From assembly GCA_030673525.1 (NCBI GenBank), contig DAOVIY010000001.1, positions 1 through 29,280 of the forward strand: 29,280 nucleotides of DNA, given 5' to 3'. Origin of the DNA: a bacterium. GTDB taxonomy: Bacteria; Patescibacteriota; Minisyncoccia; UBA6257. The notes below the pieces were generated by a model. The model did no database searches and was not told the origin of the DNA. It was given only the letters and a program-made list of their open reading frames with translations. Shown in pieces: positions 1 to 6,395 of the stretch (positions within the stretch are counted from its first letter, which is position 1; every line of letters begins with the position of its first letter). Position numbers and translations under genes: made by a program.

Positions 1-325
1 ATGTTTTGGCAAAATTAACTCCAATCAAAAGGGATAAAATTAATCCGGGGCCTTTTGTAACAGCTACAAGATCTATTTTTGGAACAATATCTTTTTCATG
101 ACTAAATGCCTGCTTTAGGGCTTGTTTAGTTACTATTGAAATATTCTTTGTGTGTTCTCTGCTTGCTAACATAGGTACTACACCACCATATTTTCTATGT
201 ATTTTTATTTGGCTAGCCACTACATTAGAAAGTGGATTAATAAAAAAACCGGCTTTGGTTTTTTTAATTTCTAAAACACCAACAGCCGTTTCATCGCAAG
301 AAGTCTCAATTCCTAAAATTATCAT
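1..325 (-). CDS. tsaD: tRNA N6-adenosine threonylcarbamoyltransferase TsaD (partial, runs off window start; missing from ORF track)
   Basis: Manual translation from ATG at 325 gives [17 protein letters not shown]...[24 protein letters not shown]...VAVTKGPGL, which are TsaD/Kae1 signature motifs. Confidence 0.96.
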   Translation of the reverse strand, partial: MIILGIETSCDETAVGVLEIKKTKAGFFINPLSNVVASQIKIHRKYGGVVPMLASREHTKNISIVTKQALKQAFSHEKDIVPKIDLVAVTKGPGLILSLLIGVNFAKT

Positions 326-344
326 AGATAAGAAAAATGAAAAG

Positions 345-419
345 TGCCGTCAATGGGATTTGAACCCATGTTACGGGACTGAAAACCCCGTGTCCTAAAC
401 CAAGCTAGACGATGACGGC
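345..419 (-). tRNA. tRNA-Glu (TTC)
   Basis: Cloverleaf GCCGTCA...TGACGGC-A; anticodon arm CGGGG-TTTTCAG-TCCCG; T-loop GGTTCAAATCC. Confidence 0.95.
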
Positions 420-453
420 AATATAATATATAAATAGTTCAAATTAGCATAAC

Positions 454-595
454 AAAAAAAAGATTATCTTACAAGCACGATTTTCACTACCACTCTTTTA
501 AAGATAACGCCTAAAGGCCAGCAGCTTTGTAAAAAAAATGCTATCGCTTTTCGAAATTAGATAGCAAGCTATTTAATATCTCCAAACGATAGCAT
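454..595 (-). ncRNA. Candidate small RNA / attenuator: two long hairpins each followed by a U-tract
   Basis: Inverted repeats ATGCTATCG (538-546/587-595) followed by T8 and TTATCTT (464-470/501-507) followed by T8; lies directly downstream of a consensus promoter; only an 8-codon ORF. Confidence 0.4.
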
Positions 596-599
596 CCTT

Positions 600-627
600 A
601 TTATAGCAAAGGAAAATAATTTGTCAA
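600..627 (-). promoter_or_regulatory. Sigma70-type promoter
   Basis: TTGACA-16 nt-TATAAT with TGn extended -10. Confidence 0.75.
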
Positions 628-666
628 GCCCATGTATGAAGTTACTGCTTTTGCACTGATTCTATA

Positions 667-1806
667 TTAGGCTTTATAATATCTACTAATACTTTCTCGC
701 CAATTAGTAAGTACTTCGTCAGAAATAGTGTTAGTTAACCTAGCTATATCGTCAGCAGTAATTTCCTGCTGACCTTGTTTTCCGATAATAACTACCTCTT
801 CTCCGGGAGAAATATTCTTAATATAAGTAATATCAACTACGGTCATATTCATACATACCCTGCCTAATATCTTGGCCTTTTTACCTTTTATTAAAACATA
901 ACCTTTATTGCTTAATTTACGATCCAAGCCGTCGTAGTAACCAATAGACAAAACAGCGATTTTAGTTTTTCTTTTGGCAACAAAAATACTACCATAACTA
1001 ATTTTACTACCAGTTAGAATCTCTTTGACTAAAGCAATTTTTGTTTTTACTGCTAAAACCGGTAAAAGTTTAATTTTTTGCTGACTACAAATCTTCTTTG
1101 CTAATTCATTAGGATAGTAACCATAAACAGCTAATCCCGGCCTTACCAGATTAAAATGACTACCTTTTTCTAATAAAGTAGCCGCGCTATTGGCACAATG
1201 AATTAAGGGTATACTTATTTCCTTTTGTTGTAAATTGGTTAGTATTTGCTGAAATGTCACTAATTGTTGATGAAAATAGTTTTGCCCAGCTATAGTAGGA
1301 ACATCAGCAGTAGCAAAATGAGTAGCTATTCCTTCTAGAGTTAAATATGGTAAATTACGTATCTTTTGTATTAAATTTTTAGCTTGAACAGCTAAAACTC
1401 CTATCCTACCCATACCAGTATCTACTTTAATATGAATTATAGCTTGCTGATGAAGTTTTTGGGCAATTAAGGAAATTTTACGCGCTGTAGAATAATCAGA
1501 AACAAAAAATCGTACTTTCAAAGAGAAAATTTTAGGTAAATCAGCATCAGGAATATAGCCCATTACTAAAATGGGCTGATTAATTTTAGACTTTCTAAGT
1601 ATTTCTGCCTCAGCTAAAGAAGTCACACTCAACCAATCCACTCCCTCATCCACTAATAGTTGGGCCATTTTCACTAACCCATGACCATAAGCATTAGATT
1701 TAACACAAGGAGCTAACAAAACCTGTTGGTCAATAAGACTACGCAGTATTCGCATATTATTTTTAGCTCTTGACCGAGATACTTCTATCCAAACCAAATC
1801 CTGCAT
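667..1806 (-). CDS. alr: Alanine racemase family PLP enzyme
   Basis: VKSNAYGHG (PLP Lys), HIKVDTGMGRIG, THFATAD, VRPGLAVYG, GYYDG, GRVCM motifs. Confidence 0.95.
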   Translation of the reverse strand: MQDLVWIEVSRSRAKNNMRILRSLIDQQVLLAPCVKSNAYGHGLVKMAQLLVDEGVDWLSVTSLAEAEILRKSKINQPILVMGYIPDADLPKIFSLKVRFFVSDYSTARKISLIAQKLHQQAIIHIKVDTGMGRIGVLAVQAKNLIQKIRNLPYLTLEGIATHFATADVPTIAGQNYFHQQLVTFQQILTNLQQKEISIPLIHCANSAATLLEKGSHFNLVRPGLAVYGYYPNELAKKICSQQKIKLLPVLAVKTKIALVKEILTGSKISYGSIFVAKRKTKIAVLSIGYYDGLDRKLSNKGYVLIKGKKAKILGRVCMNMTVVDITYIKNISPGEEVVIIGKQGQQEITADDIARLTNTISDEVLTNWRESISRYYKA

Positions 1807-1896
1807 AAATTATTTATAATTTATAGTATAACAAAAAAACCCTTGCAAAAGTAAGGACTTTTATTTAAAAGCTGAACCTCCGGGCAAATGTAAATG

Positions 1897-1970
1897 GGTG
1901 AGCGAGGAGATTTGAACTCCCAACCACTTCGGCCACAGCGAAGTGCTCTACCAATTGAGCTACGCCCACC
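1897..1970 (-). tRNA. tRNA-His (GTG)
   Basis: G-1 + GTGGGCG...CGCTCAC-C73; anticodon arm CTTCG-CTGTGGC-CGAAG. Confidence 0.95.
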
Positions 1971-2041
1971 ATCATCTAATCATTATAAATCAAAAAGTCT
2001 TTTCTTTCAAGTAAATATATGATAGAATAAAAATCATTAAT

Positions 2042-2115
2042 CTCCCTGTAGCTCAACTGGATAGAGCGACTCCCTTCTAAGGAGTAGGTTGCAGGTTCGA
2101 GTCCTGCCAGGGAGA
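2042..2115 (+). tRNA. tRNA-Arg (TCT)
   Basis: CTCCCTG...CAGGGAG-A; anticodon arm ACTCC-CTTCTAA-GGAGT; GGTTCGAGTCC. Confidence 0.96.
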
Positions 2116-2128
2116 CATAAAAATATAT

Positions 2129-2202
2129 CGGGGGATAGTGTAATGGTAGCACGAGTCCTTTGGGAGGATTTAGTCCGGGTTCAAGTCCCGGTTCCCCGAC
2201 CA
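2129..2202 (+). tRNA. tRNA-Pro (TGG), CCA encoded
   Basis: CGGGGGA...TTCCCCG-A-CCA; anticodon arm AGTCC-TTTGGGA-GGATT. Confidence 0.95.
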
Positions 2203-2208
2203 AATGAA

Positions 2209-2228
2209 AGGAGAGTTTTATCTCTCCT
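2209..2228 (+). terminator. Intrinsic terminator after tRNA-Arg/Pro
   Basis: AGGAGAG-ttttat-CTCTCCT followed by gtttatttcttt. Confidence 0.6.
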
Positions 2229-2318
2229 GTTTTATTTCTTTAAATTTGTTTAAATCTAAAATTCTTGTTATGCTATTTTAGATAATTTTAAATTTTAAAT
2301 AATGTAAATTTAATTAAT

Positions 2319-2389
2319 GGGCTCATAGTATAGTGGTAATATACTGCATTCGCATTGCAGAGACGCGAGTTCGATTCTCGCTGAGTCCA
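2319..2389 (+). tRNA. tRNA-Ala (CGC)
   Basis: GGGCTCA...TGAGTCC-A with the G3:U70 Ala identity pair; anticodon arm CTGCA-TTCGCAT-TGCAG. Confidence 0.93.
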
Positions 2390-2396
2390 CAAATAC

Positions 2397-2621
2397 TTTG
2401 TTTCACATTTTGTTTCACACAATGTTTGGCGATAAACGTTGCATTTATAATTACTTTGTAATTTTTGGCTCTATTAAGCCAAGGGTAGCTAAAATTGCCT
2501 GGTTTGCCTGTAAATAAGCTAAATTTAAACCAAGTTTAAACCAAATTTTTGAGCAAAAACTAGGAAATGGCTTTGTTAATATTGTTTCACACTTTGTTTC
2601 ACACAATGTTTGGCGACAAAC
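2397..2621. repeat. Two 40-bp direct repeats (2398-2437, 2582-2621), each containing a 12-bp-period TTGTTTCACA doublet
   Basis: ttgtttcaca[t/c]tttgtttcacacaatgtttggcga[t/c]aaac; 2 mismatches between copies. Confidence 0.9.
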
Positions 2622-2726
2622 ATTTTACTGAATTTTCGTCTTTTTAGTGATTATTTATAACGTTTACAAAAATTAGTCTTTTTCTCACTATCTGAGATAA
2701 ATATTAAAGTATCTAATTAAATGAAG

Positions 2727-2752
2727 AAGGGAAGGCAATTTTGCCTTCCCTT
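2727..2752. terminator. Strong hairpin, probable terminator for the islet genes
   Basis: Perfect 12-bp inverted repeat AAGGGAAGGCAA-tt-TTGCCTTCCCTT, just downstream of the minus-strand small ORF. Confidence 0.7.
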
Positions 2753-2770
2753 AAAACTAAGCGGACTTAT

Positions 2771-2875
2771 TTAATTTATAAACGATGCACACTGCACCCC
2801 ACAACTTATAGCCACTGCAACCAAGCATGATGTTACTATCACTAGAAATATTATTATTCCAGCTGACTTTGTCAT
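2771..2875 (-). CDS. 34-aa hydrophobic single-pass membrane peptide (missing from ORF track)
   Basis: MTKSAGIIIFLVIVTSCLVAVAISCGVQCASFIN; AAGGAG 9 nt upstream; alternative ATG at 2884; followed by a terminator hairpin. Confidence 0.55.
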   Translation of the reverse strand: MTKSAGIIIFLVIVTSCLVAVAISCGVQCASFIN

Positions 2876-2899
2876 CTTATTCATCTCCTTTTCTTAATT

Positions 2900-3550
2900 T
2901 TATTTAGTTTCTAGTACATTATCCTCATAATCATAAACTCTATAATAGTTTAAGTGGTTTAAGTTTTCTTCCACTTGATTCAAATAATGATGTACAACTG
3001 ATATAGGATTCTTATTAGCTTCTATTACATTGTTTTCATAATCATAAACTCTATAATAGTTTAAATAGTTTGAGCTTTTTCCCCTTTGATTTAAATAATG
3101 ATGTACAACTGATATAAAAGAATCAACATGAATAGGATTATATATCCAACAATCCGAATAAGTATATCCATCTTCATAATAAACACCCAATACATGACCA
3201 ACTGGTATCTGTAAAAACTTTGTAAAAACTATGTGTATCTGCCAAGTTTCGTATCTATTTATATGGGCTTTAAACACAGCATAAGAAGAATAATCATTAC
3301 AGTCTCCATTCTTGTATAACCATTGTTCAAAAGGACTGTAACTTATTTTATGTCTCTGGTAATTAAAATTATCTGCCATGTATTGACATATCTCTTTCGG
3401 GGTTTTTAAATCCCACAGACATGTCCAAAATCTAAAATCATTGGGCAAAATCCAAGTATTAAGATTAAACGGAGTCCATGTAAATGCTACAGCTGTCAAC
3501 ATTAAAACTAAAACCATTGTCATTAATCCGATTCGCAAGATTCTTTTCAT
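2900..3550 (-). CDS. Secreted transglutaminase-like (Cys-His-Asp) protein with duplicated C-terminus
   Basis: Start moved from 3610 to ATG 3550 (AGGAGG upstream, then signal peptide MKRILRIGLMTMVLVLMLTAVAF); GDCNDY, GHV and YSD motifs; 37-aa-period C-terminal repeat. Confidence 0.7.
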   Translation of the reverse strand: MKRILRIGLMTMVLVLMLTAVAFTWTPFNLNTWILPNDFRFWTCLWDLKTPKEICQYMADNFNYQRHKISYSPFEQWLYKNGDCNDYSSYAVFKAHINRYETWQIHIVFTKFLQIPVGHVLGVYYEDGYTYSDCWIYNPIHVDSFISVVHHYLNQRGKSSNYLNYYRVYDYENNVIEANKNPISVVHHYLNQVEENLNHLNYYRVYDYEDNVLETK

Positions 3551-3630
3551 CCTTCTTTTCCTCCTTTTTCTATATTTTAATCTATATTTAAATGTAAAAG
3601 TGCAACTCAATCTTCTTCATAATCACTCTA

Positions 3631-3659
3631 ATTATACACCTTCTCTCTCATCTTGTCAA
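3631..3659 (-). promoter_or_regulatory. Consensus sigma70 promoter for the islet genes
   Basis: TTGACA-17 nt-TATAAT. Confidence 0.8.
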
Positions 3660-3707
3660 CCCCCTATATCTATATTATCTTCTATATTATCTATTTAATA
3701 ATAGGGG

Positions 3708-3736
3708 TTGACTTTTCAAAAAAGACAAGATAAACT
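3708..3736 (+). promoter_or_regulatory. Sigma70 promoter of nusA-tig
   Basis: TTGACT-17 nt-TAAACT. Confidence 0.75.
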
Positions 3737-3751
3737 ATTAAAAGTAACGAT

Positions 3752-3779
3752 AAGATCGCCCAAAGGCGGTCTTTCTTAA
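3752..3779 (+). promoter_or_regulatory. Terminator-like hairpin in nusA leader
   Basis: AAGATCGCC-caaa-GGCGGTCTT followed by an interrupted T-tract, between the promoter and the nusA ATG. Confidence 0.55.
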
Positions 3780-3802
3780 TAAAATTAATTAATTTAAATA
3801 AA

Positions 3803-5059
3803 ATGTTAGATTTAAAAACCTTAAAACCATTAATTCGTCAGATTGCTGAAGAAAAAGGACTTTCAGAACAAAAAGTTTTTGAAGCTTTAGAAGTCGCTTT
3901 TGCTGCTGCTTATAAAAAAGAATATGGCAAAAAAATGCAAGTTATTCGAGCAGAAATTAATCCTGATAATGGACAAGTAAAATTCTCACAAGTAAAAAAT
4001 GTTATTGATAAATCTTCTGTGATTACTGAGGAGGAGGAAAAAAAGGAAGAAGAAATTAATTCAACAAAAAAAAGCAAGGGAAAGAAAGATGAAAATGAAG
4101 TTACTGAAGATGAGGATCGAAAAATCAAATTTAATCCTGAAAGGCATATCCTTTTAGAAGAAGCGAAAAAAATAAAATCAAATGTTAAGATCGATGAAGA
4201 AATTGTTACCCCTTTGGATGTAAAAAGCGATTTTAGCCGAATAGCTGCCCAAACTGCCAAACAAGTTATCTTACAAAAACTCAAGGAATTAGAAAAAGAA
4301 ACAATTCTTTCAGAATTTAAAGAAAAAGAAAGCACGGTAATAAGTGGAATCATTCAAAGAATAGAAAGACAAAATATCTATATCGACTTAGGAAAAACGT
4401 TTGGTGTTCTCTATGCCAATGAGGGAATACCAGGCGAACATTACCAAATAGGAGAAAGAAAAAAATTCTATATTCTTCGCTTAGAAGAAAAAGGACGAGG
4501 ACCAATAATTTTGCTTTCCCGTTGTCATCCAAAATTTGTTTCTCATCTTTTTGAAATGGAAGTTCCTGAAATAAGTGAAGGGGTAGTAGAAATAAAATCT
4601 ATTGCCCGTGAACCGGGAAATCGAACAAAAATTGCTGTAGATTCCAAAGATGAAAACGTAGATCCAGTAGGCGCTTGCGTTGGACAAAAAGGAACACGAG
4701 TAACAACGATTATTGACGAATTAAATGGTGAAAAAATAGATATTATTCCTTATTCTGAAGAACCAACTAAATATGTTGCGTCTGCTTTAGGTCCAGCAAA
4801 AATCAAAGAAGCCGAAATTATTTCCGAGAGAAGAGAAGTAAAAGTATTCGTTCCGCCTGATCAAATTTCTTTAGCTATTGGTAAAAATGGCCAGAACGTT
4901 CGTTTAGCGGCAAAACTTACTGGTTGGAAAATTGATATTCGTTCTGCTCTTGCACCAGAAGAAACAATAGAGGGAGGCGTAGCTAACATCAAAGAAGAGA
5001 AAAAACCTGATGAAACAAAAGAGAAAACAAGCAAAACAAAACAAGTTAAAGAGGATTAA
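3803..5059 (+). CDS. nusA: Transcription termination/antitermination factor NusA
   Basis: FSRIAAQTAKQV, S1 domain, AREPGNRTKIAV, GACVGQKG, AIGKNGQNVRLAAKLTGWKIDI. Confidence 0.98.
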   Translation: MLDLKTLKPLIRQIAEEKGLSEQKVFEALEVAFAAAYKKEYGKKMQVIRAEINPDNGQVKFSQVKNVIDKSSVITEEEEKKEEEINSTKKSKGKKDENEVTEDEDRKIKFNPERHILLEEAKKIKSNVKIDEEIVTPLDVKSDFSRIAAQTAKQVILQKLKELEKETILSEFKEKESTVISGIIQRIERQNIYIDLGKTFGVLYANEGIPGEHYQIGERKKFYILRLEEKGRGPIILLSRCHPKFVSHLFEMEVPEISEGVVEIKSIAREPGNRTKIAVDSKDENVDPVGACVGQKGTRVTTIIDELNGEKIDIIPYSEEPTKYVASALGPAKIKEAEIISERREVKVFVPPDQISLAIGKNGQNVRLAAKLTGWKIDIRSALAPEETIEGGVANIKEEKKPDETKEKTSKTKQVKED

Positions 5060-5076
5060 ACAATAAATTTGTAATC

Positions 5077-6357
5077 ATGAAAATAAAAATTACTTCCCTT
5101 CCAAAATCAAAGATTGAAATAATTGTTAATCTTGATAAAAAAGATCTTTTGCCCTTTAAAGATATCGCCTTAAAAGACCTTAATAAAGGTCTTAAAATTA
5201 ACGGGTATCGTGTTGGTAAAGTCCCTTTGTCAATTGCAGAAAACCATTTTTCCCCTTTAAAAATTTATGAAAAAGCAGCAAGCTTAGCTATTGAAAAATT
5301 TTATCCACAAATTATCAAAGAAGAAAAGATTCAAGCAATTGGGTATCCATCTGTTAATATCACTAAAATAATTCCTAATCAGGAGGTAGAGTTTAAAGCA
5401 GAAATATCTATTATTCCTGATTTAAATTTGCCTGATTATAAAAAAATCGCCAAAGATATGCAGACGAAAAAATTGAATGTTACAATAGAGAAAAAAGAAA
5501 TTGATGACGCATTACTATGGCTACAAAACTCTCGTTCTGTTTTAGAAAAAGTAGAGCGTCCAGCTGAAAAAAAGGATATTGTTACCATTGATTATCAAAT
5601 TAAAGAAAAGAAAAACTTAATCAAAAATGGCGAAGATAAAAACTATGCTTTTATATTAGGAAAGGGACATTTTATTCCAGGATTTGAAGAAAATTTAATT
5701 GGAATGAAAGCAGGAAAAAAGAAAATCTTCAATATAACAGTGCCAAAATCTTGGATTCAAAAAGATTTACAAGGCAAAAAACTTTCTGTTGAAATTTCTC
5801 TCAAGGAAATAAAAAAGAAAAAACTACCTCCTTTAAATGATAAGTTTGCCCAGGAATTGGGAAAATTTAAAAATTTAGAAGAATTAAAAAAGAATATTCT
5901 AAAAGGGCTCAAAATTGAAAAAGAAGCAAAAGAAAAAGAAAGATGGCGCTTATCAGTTTTAGATGAAATAATAACAGATACTCAAGTAGATTTGCCTGAA
6001 ATACTCATTCATACTGAAATTGAGAAAATGATGGAGGAATTAAAATCTCAGCTTGAAAAAATCCAATTAACTTTTGAAAAATATCTTGAACAGATTAAAA
6101 AAACAGGAGAAGAACTAAAAAAAGATTTCCAAGGACTAGCAAAAAAAAGAGTTTTCTCATCTTTGGTTTTAAGAGAAATCGGTCTTTTAGAAAAAATTGA
6201 AGTATCTGAAGACGAAATAAAAGAAAAAGTCAATGAAATCCTACAACAAATTCCTGACCCAAAAATTAAAGAAAAAATTAATCCTGAAGACTTAAAAGAA
6301 TTTGCATTAGGAATAGTACGTAATGAAAAAGTATTCCAAATACTAGAAAAACAATAA
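5077..6357 (+). CDS. tig: Trigger factor
   Basis: GYRVGKVP ribosome-binding loop, FKBP-type LGKGHFIPGFEENLIG, helical C-domain. Confidence 0.97.
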   Translation: MKIKITSLPKSKIEIIVNLDKKDLLPFKDIALKDLNKGLKINGYRVGKVPLSIAENHFSPLKIYEKAASLAIEKFYPQIIKEEKIQAIGYPSVNITKIIPNQEVEFKAEISIIPDLNLPDYKKIAKDMQTKKLNVTIEKKEIDDALLWLQNSRSVLEKVERPAEKKDIVTIDYQIKEKKNLIKNGEDKNYAFILGKGHFIPGFEENLIGMKAGKKKIFNITVPKSWIQKDLQGKKLSVEISLKEIKKKKLPPLNDKFAQELGKFKNLEELKKNILKGLKIEKEAKEKERWRLSVLDEIITDTQVDLPEILIHTEIEKMMEELKSQLEKIQLTFEKYLEQIKKTGEELKKDFQGLAKKRVFSSLVLREIGLLEKIEVSEDEIKEKVNEILQQIPDPKIKEKINPEDLKEFALGIVRNEKVFQILEKQ

Positions 6358-6395
6358 TCTTTCTCTTACCATTGTGAAAAGTACATTCGCTTCAC

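Noticed and set aside
150-398. 82-aa plus-strand ORF
   Set aside because: Antisense shadow of tsaD and tRNA-Glu
1976-2203. 75-aa minus-strand ORF
   Set aside because: Reverse complement of tRNA-Pro and tRNA-Arg
2397-2621. CRISPR array
   Set aside because: Only two repeats, separated by 144 bp; non-palindromic; no cas genes
2900-3115. DGR template/variable repeat hypothesis for the 111-nt repeat
   Set aside because: Differences occur at G, C and T as well as A (only 6 of 15 at A of the upstream copy), and no reverse transcriptase is in the window
3551-3610. N-terminal extension MSCTFT... of the islet ORF
   Set aside because: The SD and signal peptide indicate the start at 3550
3441-3698. 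85-aa plus-strand ORF
   Set aside because: Antisense to the islet gene and its promoter; low complexity
3910-4687. Minus-strand ORFs 3910-4353, 4350-4532, 4481-4687
   Set aside because: F/S-rich antisense shadows of K/E-rich nusA
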